The position numbers and the translations under genes were made by a program. The notes beneath the pieces were generated by a model. The model saw only the letters and a program-made list of their open reading frames with translations, searched no databases and was not told the DNA's origin. DNA of 64,000 nt from Anthoceros angustus (taxonomy: Eukaryota; Plantae; Anthocerotophyta). The stretch covers positions 415,288-479,287 of the forward strand of contig MU008201.1 in NCBI GenBank assembly GCA_010909165.1, given 5' to 3'. The number at the start of each line of letters is the position of its first letter. Within the stretch, counting starts at the first letter, position 1. Shown here in pieces: positions 49,460-63,650 of the stretch.

Positions 49460-51990
49460 TAAATTCTCGAAAAAGAAAACACTCTTTGCCGTTTTGCCTG
49501 AAGTGGCACACGAAAAGAAATGTAATGTATGGAATTCACAACAAAGGAGATTTACTACTCTAGGATGAAAAGCCACACGCATAGAAGTTTAATAACTGCA
49601 ATTTACAAGAAAATAAGTTCTCCATTGGGCCCTTCCAAAAAAGAAATTTTTGGAATTTACAAAAAAAGAAGTTCTCCATTGGGTCCTTCCAAGGAAAGAA
49701 AGTTTTCGAATTTACAAGAAAATAAGTTCTCCATTGGGTCCTTCCAAGAAAAGAAATTTCCTTCAATTTGTACTTGACCTCTCATTGGAACTTTTTATTT
49801 AGTAGTTCTCGTTCACCATTCACCAAAGAAAGAAAAAAAGTGCACTACTAGGGCCTTATAAGAAAAGAAAGTTTACTAGCCATTTGAGCTTTATAAGAAT
49901 CAGGTTGAGCTTTATAGGAGGCTGGTTCAGTTCTCTTGTTAGCGATGTTGTAACTCATAAAGACAACTTGAGAAGACTTAAATGTTGAGTTGCCCAACCA
50001 AGCCATCATACTTAGAAGTACCACTACGAGTAGCATTGAACAAATTTGAAGATACCAAAAACAAACTACCTAAATAATATCTACATATACTACCTATTGT
50101 ACAAGAGAACAAGACTTGGCCTTTTTACATCTAAGGCTATATCAAGGGTCATGCATCGGTGTAGTGCCAAATATCTATATATGGTACCTACTACAAGAAA
50201 ACAAAACTTGGCCTTTCATATTTAGGGTATATTAAGGGTTATATGAAAAGGAGTGAGCATTGCTTGGATCTTACAACTGGTTGGTTGAGTTTCGGTCATC
50301 CTCGCAATCTTCCACCTTGGAAACACCTAGACAATTGAGTCGCTTATGATATTGAAAGGAACCAAGACATTTGAACATATTTGAGAGAAATAATAAAAAG
50401 AATATATACAAATTTTGAATACAATATAAAGGATGGACATGCTACCTAGTGTTGTGAGATGTTGGAAATATCACGAGAGTTAAGCACGATGGCAATGAGA
50501 CAATATGTTGTAGCATTTGTCTTGAAGATATTGAAAAAAGACGAGGTCATCAAGGTCAATGCATGTGGTCATCTTTTCCACTATGAACCATGTTTTATGC
50601 CATGGATAAGAATCAATTCTACATGTCCGAATTGTAGGGTAGATTATTTGATCTTTTTCTGAACAAACAATACAACCTCACCAAGTATCAATAAATGAGG
50701 AAGGATCTTTGCCCGAACGCCCCTTCCTCGTGACGTCTCTCATCATATGAGCAATTCTATAATTTAATGGCTAGAGAACCTCTTCGTCCTCTCTCCTCCG
50801 AAAGCATCAACGAGGAGAGTGAAGTTGAGGTTGTGGGAGTTAATCTTCTTAACTGTGCAAGAGGTTGGACGGTAGAGAAGTTGGTGGGAGTTAATCTCTT
50901 GTGCAAGAGGTTGGACGGTAGAGAAATATGGGAGTTAATCTTTCAAACCGTGCAAGAGGTCGGAGGGATAGACAAGGTATGGGATTTAATCTTCCAAACC
51001 GGGCAAGAGGTCGGAGGGGTAGACAAGGTCTTCTTAGGAGTAATGACTCCTGGTCACTACTTTGAAGGGTGAAAAAGCATTGGTTGAACAGAAACGCCTA
51101 AATGCATGGTTTCATGGCCAAAATTGCACATGTCAACGAGGAGCTATTAATTGATGGAAATATCGTTGTAAGGGTGTTTAAATATTCGCATAATAGGAAA
51201 GTCTAAATTAGAATAGGTATTATTGGAAATACAACGCGTGATTGTGGGGTTAGTATCACGACATGGTGCCATTCGTTGGGTTTTTCCTCCCTTTGTTTTT
51301 GGGGTGGATGGGTTTTTCCCATCTCTTTTTTATAATAAAGTCTTCTTTTCCCTTAAATTCATTAGAAATACAAGCCTTTTTATATATATGAGCATTCTTG
51401 TATGAACAAGTAAAATGGCTTTCAAAATACACAAAAGAAAAACAGCCTTCATGGGTAGTGGTCACGGGTACGAAGAAAATATTTCTTAAGGAATAATTAC
51501 AAAAGAACAAAGATCGTTAACGAAATGTAAAAACCATTTGCAATGGTGGCAAGCGCTATCATGCCACTCGAAAACCCGGACATAAGATAACTTCCATGCA
51601 GGGGTTCGAGGGTAGGTAGATTTTGATGTAGCAATGCTGCCCTGCCACCAGTTCCAGTCAAGGCATGAGGACCAGCATCGGCCAGTTTGAAGACTTGGTG
51701 CAAGTTCCCTCACGCTGCGAGATACCACAGTAGTTATGGCTCACTGTGCATTGTGAAAGGCAAACGGGTGCAAGTTGGTAGTGTAACATGGTGGTAGCAC
51801 CTAGCTCGTTGTAATTATTGCATATAATAAATGATGATAATATAATTTCTATGATCTATAGTTAGTTTTGTGGAGGAATTTTTGTATTTGGAAAATGGTT
51901 TGGGTATGGTAGGGGGTTAGATGAGTCCAATTTATTAGAAAGATGTACATCTTGCTTTGTTTTTGGACATAAAGTTTGCTCAACCTTTGC
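49460..51990 (+). repeat. ~2.5 kb duplicated unit, copy 2
   Basis: Matches 41880-44230. Confidence 0.9.
50433..50766 (+). pseudogene. Frameshifted copy of the RING-H2 ORF
   Basis: KKDEVIKVNACGHLFHYEPCFMPWIRINSTCPNC with indels relative to 42833-43174. Confidence 0.75.
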
Positions 51991-52488
51991 ACCTTATCAT
52001 GGAGGGAGGAAAGATTCTCTTGTCATACATCATCTCTTTATATGTAGAAGCATTTAATTTAATGCGAAGGACCCTTATCATACCTCTCTCCTCCGAAAGC
52101 GAACGAGGAGAGTGAAGTTGAGGTTGGGAGTTTATCTTCCGGACAGTGTGAGGTCGGAGGGCTAAGGACTTTTGGGGTCCGGTTTGAGGGCCACACGAGC
52201 ATGGAATCCCTACTCCCATGGCTTTAACACTACCATGGAGGAGACGAGGGCATGGAATCCCTACGCTAGGCAGCTTTGACACAATTTGGGGCTTAAGGCA
52301 ACATGAAGGGGTTCATTCGAAACCGCTAGATTATAAGCATCAAAGTAGGATTAGTAGTCCATAATATGAAGCGGAGGTGTTTTATGCAAGAAACAATGTT
52401 AAAATCAACTCTACATGTCCCACCTATAGGCGTAGATTATTTGGCCCATAGTGTTCAAAGCTAGAACTATTGTAGGCATATTACTATC

Positions 52489-52531
<43 letters not shown>
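52489..52531. repeat. (TTA)n microsatellite
   Basis: ~14 TTA units. Confidence 0.95.
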
Positions 52532-52532
<1 letters not shown>

Positions 52533-52849
52533 ATATTGACTTAAATTCTCTAAATATGCCTAGTTCAAAGACGGCATACAAAGGGTAACAGCCTGACTAA
52601 AGTTAAAAAAAAGTTTACAACTATGTCATAGACGCCATAATCTTGAGTATCATTTTAAGCAAGTTGTTTCTTCAATCGTTAGGACAACGTCTCGTAGCTC
52701 CATCCGTAACAAATTGCACATCACAGGCCTCATACCTAGCCTGCATCCATAACAAAGCATATACACGAGCTCCCAACATTGCTTCATGATCAATCGTTGG
52801 GCTAATGTCTACCGATCAAATGTCGGAAAATGGTGAAGCCGCCATTACA

Positions 52850-53185
52850 TGCACAAAATGCTTGTCATGTCGGGCTGATGAATGCATAAGTCCGCAAAGT
52901 CCGCTGTTTAGTAGTTGCAGCTCCTTCGAAATTGAGATGCACCATCTCTATTTCAATCACGCAAGTATCATGCATAAACAACTTACATCATGTGCCCCAT
53001 AATTAGCCTACAAGATCCATAATAAAGACATATGATTTAAGTCCACAAAATGCTTACATGTCGGGCTTTATGAATGCATGTACCTCCAAGAAAAGTCCGC
53101 ACACGCCGTAGTAGTTGCAGCCTCGAAATTGAGATGCACCATCTCTATTTCAATCATGAAGTATCATGCAAACAACTTACATCAT
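52850..53185. repeat. ~140-bp direct repeat x2
   Basis: CACAAAATGCTT...GAAATTGAGATGCACCATCTCTATTTCAATCA...CAACTTACATCATG at ~52852 and ~53044. Confidence 0.75.
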
Positions 53186-55768
53186 GAGAGCGCTATGCAA
53201 AAATATTTTCCTCCTTTGCACGCCGGGCCCCATTCCGTAAAAAACCCTTTGTTTTGGTTTGATCATTGGTTGAACTTGATTTATTTGTGAGGTTTTCTCA
53301 TGTTGCCCTTCCTTTGTATGCGGTAGTTATTGGGTTTCACCGCCTTTGGCTGCCACCTCTATGTTAAGACTCCTCTGGGTAGTTCAAGTAACCATCCATG
53401 ACGTGCCATCTATAGACTTAAATGTGTTGGATGTGGTTGATTTCAGAGTGGGGCTTCCAACGGTACGTTTTTCACATTATTACATCAACGACCATCTCCT
53501 TCCTGTGTTTGATGATGTGAGGAGTAGGAGGATAGACAGGATCTCTCTGAGCTGCAAAATTTGCTCTTTCCATGTGCTGCTATGCAACTTCCAGAGAAGA
53601 AAAGTCAACCTTGCAGAGTGGTCTCCCTACACCTCGGCTCAAGATGCAGAATTGTTGTTTCCGTTCTGGAGTTGTGAGAAATTACGGAGAGTAGTTTGGT
53701 GCAACAAAACTTGACACAAAGTAATAATAGATTGATTACAAAATTGTATGTGTGTATTGTTTAAATACTAAACTCTAAAACGGTTCACTTAATGCAACCC
53801 TAAGTTCTTTATCCTAATGTTGGCTTTATTTCCAACACTCCCTCTAAAGCAACTTTAGGTATTTAACGTGTATTTCCACGACGACACGTGTATTCAACAC
53901 CATCACGGAACGGGATCCCTCCACACAGAACGGCGTAGCCCAAACCCAAGCGAAAACCCTTTGATGAACGATTCGTGACCACGCCCGCAAGTGTCCGCTA
54001 CCGCCAACATCTCCTCGCCTAGCTGCGATCAAGCTCAACTTCCACGCCCGCCATCGCCTTGCAGAGATGCAGACGCGCAGTGGCAAGGTCTATGTCGCCT
54101 CAGAGAAGACGCCAAGGAGAAGTAGGACACAGCCGGCGCCCAGCACAGCATCGAGAGAGGAGGAAATCCAGGGAAAACTGCGATGGCTCAGATGTGGGTC
54201 ATTGGAGGAGCTTGCACGGTACATGAACAGCTGCCCAATCAACCCCGACTGCTCTGTGATGTGCGGCCAGCACCTCGGAAGAGGGACCTGTGACCAGCAA
54301 TTTCGACTTCCGCTTTGAGCTTATGCTCGCCTTTAATCGCAACAAGGCTTAGCTACCGATGTGATCAAGGAGCTGGAGCATATCCTTGTCTTGGAAAAGG
54401 CTCAGGGCTTGGATGATTAAGAGCGTGATGTGAAGCCATCTTTGTAGAGGGCACCGTACTGCAGGAAGATTAAGTACTAAGGTAAGCTTCATCCTTCTAA
54501 AGACAAAGATTGGTTGCTCCCTCTGTTTCCTCATGGACTGACGCCGCATCTGACCTAACTGTGTGTGCGTGGGGCATGTGCAGTTATATGTGTCTACGAA
54601 GAGGTCAAAGGCACCACTCAAGAACACCTGTGGAACCTTCTCGGGTTCCGCCCAACCCACATAAGTCATCGGACTACACTTCCTTAAGGTTGGGAAATGA
54701 GTCGGGTTTTGTTTTTGTTCATAGGTCCGGGTAGAAATAAGGCAAAAGGAGGAATAAGCACGGATGGCGCCCGACCGGACTACGTGAGTATACAGGACCC
54801 GGAGTGGGTAACGGACCGTACCACTATGGCGAGCTCGACTACGCCCGGTAACGGATAAGACCGACCCCACTCCGGTCAAAATACGCTGTGGGAAAGTAAC
54901 TTGGAAGAGTCGAGGATGTATAAGCGCGCCACGTGGACGGCCCCGAGAGGTCGCATGCAGCAGTCGTGACGAGCTTGCCAGCAGGCAGTATTCACGCCCA
55001 GATCGCGCGCGCAGAAGGCCGCAGTACGCGCGCGCCGTGGCGCGAGGCGGGTCGAGTAAGCCATGCGTACTCTCGCGCTTACATGTGAAGAGGCACCCGC
55101 CGCCGTTACTTCGCGGCCGACGAGGAGGGTCATCGCGCAACCTCGAGACACCGCAGCCTCTGCGCCCGCAACCCGCCTCCGGGCGCTATCTCTTTGAACG
55201 CCAGCATCGCTGCTCACTTGGGGTTGGAGCAAACGCGCGAAGAGGGCGATCGCGCCGGTCTCCGCGCACACAGGAAAGGAGAAGAAGGCGATGGCACCCA
55301 AAAAGGTCATGGAGGAGCTTACCGCAGTACATGAACAAAATGCCCAATCAACCCCGGACTGCTCGGATTGTGCACCTCGGAAGAGGGACCCGACCCTCAA
55401 GAATTGACTTCCGCTTGAGCTTATGCTCGCCTAATCGCAACAAGGCTTAGCTACCGATGATCAAGAGCCGGAGCATATCCTTCTTGCTGGAAAAGGCTGC
55501 GGGCGATTGATGACTTAAGAGCAGGATGTGAAGCCATCTTTGTAGAGGGCACCGTATTGCAGGAAGATTAAGTACTAAGGTAAGCTTCATCCTTCGTGCA
55601 GCACAGCATTGGTTGCTCCCTCTGTTTCCTCATGGACTGACGCCGCATCCGACGACTGTGTGCGTGGGGCATGTGCAGTTATATGTGTCTCACGAAGAGG
55701 TCAAAGGCACCACTCAAGAACACCTGTGGAACCTTCGGGTTCTGCCCAACCCACATGATAAGTCATCG

Positions 55769-58700
55769 TGGACTACGGACTTCCTTAAGGTTAGGAAATG
55801 AGTCGGGTTTTGTTTTTGTTCATAGGTCCGGGTAGAAATAAGTAGGAAAGGAGGAATAAGCACGGATGGCGCTCGGGAGGACTACGGAGTATACACGGAC
55901 TCGGAGTGGGTAACCGGACCCGGTACCACTATGGCGAGCTCGGACTACGCCCGGTAAGGATAAGACCGGACCCCACTCCGGTCAAAAGCAGGATAATCGC
56001 CGAAACTTGGAAGATGAGTCGTGAGGAGGCTAAGCGGCGCCACGTGGAGCCACGAGGTCGGCATGCAGCAGTCGGGGCCGTAGCCTTGCCGAGGCCGTTA
56101 TAGCAGTATTCACGCCCACCTGCGGCGTAAGGCAGTCTGTGGCGTGTAAGGCGAGTAAGCGGAGGCGTAAGGTCGAGTAAGCCATGCGGACCTCGCGATT
56201 CTGAGAGGCACCTTCCGCCCGGTGTTACTTCCAGCGGCGCGGCGACGAGGAGGTCATTTCTCTGCGCAACCTCGAGACAATTCGCGGTCTCTTGCGCTCA
56301 CCGGCTCTGGCGCTATCTCTTTGAGCAGCTCGGGCATCTTGCGGCGGCTCACCGTTGGGGTTGGAGCGTGACGGCGAAGAGGCGCATCGTGCGGCGGTCT
56401 CGGCCCGGCGGACAGCGAAGGAGAAGAAGGCGATGGCACCCAAAAAGGCTGCAGTGCAGGAGCCATGGAACTGGTAGGCGCAACATTGTGACCGGCGCTA
56501 TCCGGACTTTGGGCCACAGGGAGGCGGGAGGATTAGTCGAGTGGCATAGGCGTGTTCAGTATGCGGGCGTTTGTGATGTCACTCGTTCGCCGGAAGATGT
56601 TGTGGCGGCCAACAAGGAGGTTCATCCAAGAACCTCCGGAGGATCTAGGCGATGGACCTTGGAGGTCGGCCTACAAAGGAGGAAGATGGGGTGGTCGAGC
56701 CCTCAAGGCGAGGGAAAGATAGAGCCGGCAAGGGTGGCGATCTTGAGGCCGGAGCGGACAACCAGGTGGTTGATATCGGACTGCTTGGAGGGAGTGGTAG
56801 CCGGATCATTGTCCATTGGAACTTGCTCACCAAGGTGGATCACCTTGGTGATAATTCTTGGTGTTCACATGCGTTGCGGCGGGGAAGAGGCGGGGGGAAG
56901 GATTATCTTAGCGGTTCAGGAGCCATGGTGAGGCGAGAAGCCCTCGCCATCTGGACTATCCCCATACGATCCATGTATGGGGACATTACAGCTCTGAAGG
57001 ATGGGGAGATCGGCGGGCGCTCGGAAGGGTTGGCGGCCCTACTGAAGTGAGCGCAAGGGCGCCTGAGGGGAGGCCCACCCCTAGGCCGGGGAGGAGGACG
57101 ATCGAAGGGATAATGACTCCATACGCCCTGAGCGGACCCCTCACCACCCAGGAAGTGTGGAAGATATCCCCTTCCCTCCTCTTGTGCCTCCGCCCGGCAA
57201 CCCGTCTGGCGGAGGCGGCCCGGCAGGCTACGGCCACAGCGGCCCGGAGGAGCCACGGACTCGCAAGGCACGAAGGCGGTGCCATCCTAACACGGCACCC
57301 AGCGGTGCTGTGCCTCTACGCCTCGGTGGCAAGAAGCGGCGGTAGAAGAGCGTAAAGGACGCCAAGGAGTGGGGTCACGAACCCCACTCGAGCTGGGCCC
57401 CTGCTGCCGACCGGGAGAGGCAAGGCCGCCTCGAACCCTCACCCTCAGAGCCCAGGGGACGAAGAGGCGAATAAAATTGGCGGCCAAGAGGGCCAAGGAG
57501 GTGAGGCTCGGACCTCGGCACTCGGGACCTAAGGGACTGATTAGGTCGGAGAGCCCGCCGGACTCGCTCGGGGCAGTATGGAGGTCCTTGGACCGTGAGA
57601 TGCCCGCTCCCTAGCGGACTTTGGGGGCCTCACCAATGGCGGCCGTGGAAGAGACACGGGTCACAGCTACCGTCATGGGCGGTATGCTTTGGGGTCTCTG
57701 GGACGGAGAAGACCCGAGGTAGAAGCCACCGGAGGCGTGGTGCTCCTCCGTGAGCAGCTGGAGGCGCCCAGAGGCAAGGAGGAGGCGAAGCTCTCGGCCG
57801 CATCGAAGCGAGGGAGGCCGAGAGGAAGTGGTCCATTCGACAGACTGACTAAATTCCTTCACCGGGTGAGCACTGGCAGCGGAGGCCCAAGCAGGGCGGA
57901 AGACCTCTGCGGTGAGAGGAGTAGCGCAGCGGGGAGGCGGAGGAGGCGCAGCGGAGAAGGCTCGTGACTGGCGGAGGCGGCCCGGACCCGGCCAAGTGGG
58001 CGGCCAGGTAAAGCGGCAGGCGGGACTAAGACCGGCCGTGATCACTATCGGCGTGAATCGGTGGAGGGAGGCAGCGAGCTGCGGCTAACAAGAAGAAGGA
58101 GGCGGCGGGGGAGGCGGGCAGGCGGCCATGCGGAGGAGGAAGCCGCGGCAAGAGATGGAGGATCTCGGTCTCGGTGCGTGGTGGCGGCGGCGGAGATGGA
58201 AGACCGCAGGAGACTCTGCGGCTCAAGTTACCATTGAGAGGAATGGTAATGCAGGGCGTGATCTCGATCACGAACGAAATAGAGCGGTTTCCAACCGGGC
58301 GGAGAGGAAGGCGATGGAACAGGAGGACGTCCGAAATGGAGAAGGACACGAAGCCGCATCAGCGAGTTGCCCGACCGCTTTGGAGAGGAGATGGCGGAGC
58401 TAACGGCGAATAAGCGGGGCGAGAGCGGGCCTTGAGAAAAAGCTGCTGGTCCGATTAAGGAAGGCGGAAGGGGACGCCATGGGCGTGGTGGCGGCGGAGC
58501 GAAGCAGCAGGCTGAGCGGAGCAACAGTGTTGCGAGGTGACCGAGGCCTGTGGCCTCACGAGACTTGGCGGCTCCGGCCGAACTGGCGGGGAGGATGGTC
58601 CGGCAAGCGGACGACGCTCGACTCCGGAGCACCAATGGCGAAGGAGTATCGGGCGGGCACATGTGGAAGAGGCAATCCAAAGAATTGACTCGGATTTTGC

Positions 58701-60607
58701 CTACTACCACGAGCTCCTTAAGGCATTGAAGCCTCTCGCCTACAAATAGGCGGACCCGGAAGGCTCAGAAGGGATGAAGGAAGGGCAGACAAAGACGGGA
58801 CCCTAGTGGCCTGTTTGGAGAGCAGTGGCGGGGAGAAGAGCCTCGGGAGGAGGCGGACAGCGAATCCCGGGTAAGTCCCAACCCGAAGATAGGCGTCGGA
58901 CGAAGGGGGCGGAAGGAGGAGCCAACCGACCCAAGACAAGGGTCGGTGGGAAGGATGAGGACCCAGCAAGAGGTCCAGTAAGGGGTCCGGAGCTTGGGAC
59001 CGGACAATAAGTTCGACCGAGGTCCGAACCCGAGATGAGACCGACCCAGACCGACTCAGGAATAAGAGACTCGGTTCGACGGAGTCGAGACCGACCTCGA
59101 GGTCCGGACTCAGAAGGAGGAGTCCCTCCGACTTACTGGGGAGCAGGCCTCTACCGGAAGGGGACCCACCGGGGCCGTGGGACGACGTGGTAACGGCGTC
59201 GCCGCCGACCGCCACGGTAGCCCAACCCGATGATTCCGGAAGAGGAAGGGGTCCCGCGATCATCCGATTGGGTGCGCCAGAATCGCCGTGGACGGGAGAT
59301 TGACCACCAATCCCGAGGCGGAACCCGGACCTTCCCCCCCCACCGCCGACGAAGGAGATAGGAGGAGGAATAGGATGGTAGGCGGCCGATGCATCGAAAT
59401 GGCCACCACTGTAATAGGGTGTAATAAAGACGACCGTAGTATAAGAGGGCCGAGGTCGCTAATAAATCATCTTCTCTTGGGGTAGAAGCCGCTTGCACCC
59501 TTTGTGAGTCTTCTTGCTAACGTGAGGCCCGAGTCATCGAAAGGTGCACCATGCCGAGAGATCGATCCCGCCCCGTGACGGACCCGGTAATAAGTTCGAG
59601 GTCCAGAACCCGAGATGAGACGGACCAATGAGGCCGGACTCGGGGAATAAGAGACTCCAGTTGACTCGGGTCGAGGCCGGACCTCGAGGTCCGGACTCGA
59701 AAGGAGGAGCCCTCAGGCTTGGCCGGGGCAGGTCGGTGGCCCTAGGAAGGGGACCCCAGGGGCCGAGGGACGTTGTGTGTAGCGGTCGTCGAGGCCGCCG
59801 GTAACAACGGCGGGATTCGGGAAGAGGAAGGGGTCCCGCGATCATCCGATTGGGTGCGCAGCTGTCGGCGGAGATTGGACCACCAATCCGGGAACCGGGA
59901 CCTTCCAGCCCCGTACGAAGGAGATAGGAGGAGGAATAGGATGGTAGGCGGCGATTAGGGCGTCTTGAGGTAGCCACCGGCTCGAGAATAGTGTAATAAA
60001 GCGCCCGACTTGGGCGGCGTAGTATAAGAGGGCCGAGGTCGCTAATAAATCATCTTCTCTTGGGGTAGAACGCTTCTTGCGAGACCCTTGTGAGTCTTCT
60101 TGCTAACGTGAGGCCCGAGTCAGCGAGCACGGCAGCCGGAGGCGATCCCGGTAGCGGACCCTAACGTGTGGTGGTGTGTGGGGAAGAGCGACACAGACCC
60201 TTGCTCGTCCGGGCGGGTCCAGTCGGATGGAACGCAGTGAGCGGAGGGACTTGAGGCGTGTAGGCGGAGGCGGAGAGAGCCGGACGGAGGAGGAGGTCGT
60301 GCGCGATCACCCGTTTTCTTCCCCAAGAGGAGGCGAGTGTAGTAAGAGTAGTGAGAGGAGCGGACTAGAGGACGTGTAATGACGAGAACGATCACGGACG
60401 CAGACGGTCCTTAAATGTTTTTGGCCACACTGTCACGGTGAACGCTATGAGTAGTTAGGCATGGCGATGAATGTGCGTTGAGTGAGGACGCAAAGTGAGG
60501 TGAGAATCGTCAACGCTGGAAAACGGAGCCTATCATTCCCTTGGGAGCGGACTCCTTACCACAACGACACGGATTGTGCGCGCGGGCCGCCGTAAAGTCG
60601 CGCCTAC
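55769..60607 (+). mobile_element. Giant solo LTR (~4.8 kb) of the Gypsy family nested in the Copia 3' region
   Basis: Family LTR start TGGACTACGGACTTCC and family LTR end (..ACAACGACACGGATTGTGCGCG..). CATCG flanks both sides (55764-55768 and 60608-60612). No gag/pol. Confidence 0.82.
56433..58950 (+). pseudogene. LTR-embedded additional ORF, third copy
   Basis: MAPKK..RNIVT..VAANKEVH..IIVHWNLLTKVDHLGDN..KEYR..DSDFAYYHELLKAL. Confidence 0.72.
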
Positions 60608-60621
60608 CATCGCCTGTCCAT

Positions 60622-63600
60622 CTACATAGAATAGTCAGCCAGGCCCAAGCCTGACAGATGCTTATAGTGTTTACACTTCACCAAACCCTTTGTTAACACA
60701 TCTGCCAAGTTGTCCTCTGTGCCTATGTAACCAACCTTCACAGCTCCACGGTCCACAACATCTCTGATGTAGTGGTGCTGGATTTCAATGTGCTTAGTGC
60801 GTGCGTGGAACCTGGGATTGGCTACGAGGGCAAGTGCAGACATATTATCACAGAGAATTGAGGTAGGTGCTTGCTGAGTTTGCCCTAAGTCATGCAGAAA
60901 AGTTCTTTCCCATTCGGCTTCCTTTGAAGCATCTGTTAGGGATTTATACTTTGCTTCTGTTGATGACAGGGCTATTGAGGACTGCTTTTTGCAAGACCAA
61001 TTCACGGCTGAGGATGAGAGCAGGAAACAATAAGTCGAGAGGCTTTTCCTGGAATCGCTGTCTGATGCCCAATCATCCGTAAAACCAGAAAGTGTAAGTT
61101 TCTGCCCATCCTTCCAGAAAAGTCCATATGTATGGGTACCCTTAGGTACCTAAAATCCTCTTCGCTATCCAGTGCCGCCAGTTTCTCCAAGAATCGATCA
61201 CTACTCTGAGTTCAATATCCGGTCCGATTAGCAACAAAATTAAGCTACCTACGTGCAGGGGTACATCGAACATATCCTCGGACCTCTTCCGAGTCGGGCA
61301 CTGTAAGCTGGCTTGACGTAGAATAGGGAGGTAGCAGCCTAGCCTCATCAAGTTTGAATTTCAAGAATGTCGTTGATGTACTTGTGTTGCAGAACAATAA
61401 TCAGCCTTCCTCTCGTATCCTTAGGATCCCAACCCTCAAGGCAATATTTAAGCTCTCAATGTCCTTCATCTCAAACTTGAGCTCAACATGTGTTTTATCA
61501 CTTAACAGAGATTGGTGCTTTGTTGGATGACGTCATCTACATACAACGCCAAAACCAAAAGTCCTCACCTCCGCTCCTATACACATTGGAGGTTGGCGTT
61601 TGAGACAAAGAGATATGTATGAGGTAAACGTGCATGGTTGTATACCAACCCTACCACTCGCTTTAAACCATAAATGCATTTTAGTAGCTTTTAACTTTGG
61701 TGGGTGTGCGGATCCTCATCCCTCCGGCTGCATCATATAAAGTCCTCATCAAGAGCACCATAGAGGAATGCCGCAAACGTCCATTTGTTGTAGATCCAGT
61801 CCAACTCGGGCAAGGATGATCGATAGATTGTGAACAAACCATGGGAGAAAAGGTCTCGATAGTCCAAGCCTGATTTGGGTAAATCTCGCCACAAGTCTTG
61901 CTTTATAACGTGCAATTTCTCCTTGGGCATTCGCTTTAACTTAAAACCCACTTGCAGGAGATAGGCTTGCGTCTGTGCGATCGACAAGATCCCAAGTCTT
62001 GTTCTTAAGCAAGGATTGGTACTGCCCTCCACCGCGATTTGCCACTTGAAGCATCAGTCCCTGCATGGCTCCCATAGGAACCGGGTTCCACATAGGATGT
62101 CATCAGCACCATAAATCGCAGAGGATGTCCAAATCCACCGATATGCAGGCTCCATCGGGTCGAGGGGCCTGCCTAGTCGAGCGCCTGGGGCATAATCGAT
62201 CCGAACAATCGAACAAAATCGTGGAAGAACAAAATCCCGATCGCATCTTGATCGAGGTTGATCTCCAGCCACCGCCGCCGTAGGGGTCCTCCACAAGCCG
62301 CATCGATCACGATCACAATATCGCCGACAGTCGCATCATTTTGCGTAGTCCGATGGATCTGCGAGCAAGTACCGTGGGGCACATCAAGGAAAGGTATAGA
62401 TTCGTGATCCGTGTCCTCATCCAATGATGCTCGAGGGAGCAGCATGTGAGAGCGCCTATAGATTCCACAAAAGTAACATTGCGTATAAGACCAAAGGTCG
62501 TGTCGTGGTCATATAGTTTATACGCTGACATGCTCGTAACCCACAAAGATGAGATCAAGCGATCGGTTATCTAACTTTTGCGCTTGTCGGGACAAAAGCA
62601 AAAGCCTTGGAGCCGAACACTCGTAAGTGAAGTAAACTAGGCTTCTGCTCCAAAACACTTCAAAAGGAGTTTTTCCTTTAACCGAGCCGTAAGGACCTCG
62701 CTCAAGATGTATGTGTGAATGTGACCAGCCTCCGCCTAATATGCTTGAGGCAAGCCGCCCACATCAACATCTTCTGGTCATACCAAGCAAGGTTTGATTT
62801 TTGCGCCACGCCATTCGTTGTTGAGTATAAGGGACAATCAATCGCCGCTAATGCCCCGCCGATAAGTAATCGCCAAAGCTTGATTGACGAACTCGCTCCA
62901 TTGTCACTGCAGGATCTTGAGCAGCACATTGGCGTTGCACAGAAGCCCCCTGAAATAACCTGTTTCACTTTTCGTGTGCATCGGATACGCCCAGAGTACC
63001 GGCAAATCATCGTCAATGTGTAATAGAGAGCACCTAAGGAAGGTGTGTATCTTCCCGAGATATCAAGATGCACAAGTTCTAACACCTTGGTAGCCCTATG
63101 CGCCTTAGGGAATGGAAGTTCTTCCGCTTTTGCAAGTATACAAGACTCACAAATGGGAAGATCCTTGAAACAACTAGGTAAGGGTTCCATGACAACCAAG
63201 ATTAGACATATCAATGAGCTTATTTCTTATATTAACGATGAACCTTTGTGGTGAAATCGTAGGAGACATCTTATCTCGAGCCTATACAAGCCATGGTCTA
63301 GAACGCCTTTGAATGCACAGACCGGAGAGACCTTCTGAGAAGCGAAGCATCATCAATTACACGATCTCATACGCGCATCCGCATGATCTTACCACTCACG
63401 TAAGATTTTTCGCCATGTCCGCACGCATGCACGCCATCGATGTCCCGCATGGACCCATCATTGAAGAGGAAAGCATGTGTACCATATCCTTCAACTTGCA
63501 AGCTTGTGTCACGCTCATCTCCTAACAAGACTTTGTCCTTCATGTGGCGAGGCCAACGTGGAGACGAGTTCGCTGCGACATATGTGGTGGTAGCTCCGAA

Positions 63601-63650
63601 TCGAGATACCGCTCACCAACATCATGAACGGTGCTTGTGAGGCGATCGTT
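60622..63650 (-). pseudogene. pol: Copia pol (PR-INT-RT-RH), frameshifted; RNase H portion open
   Basis: WSCKKQSSIALSSTEAKY..CDNMSALALVANPRFHARTKHIEIQHHYIRD..DNLADVLTKGL. Confidence 0.92.
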
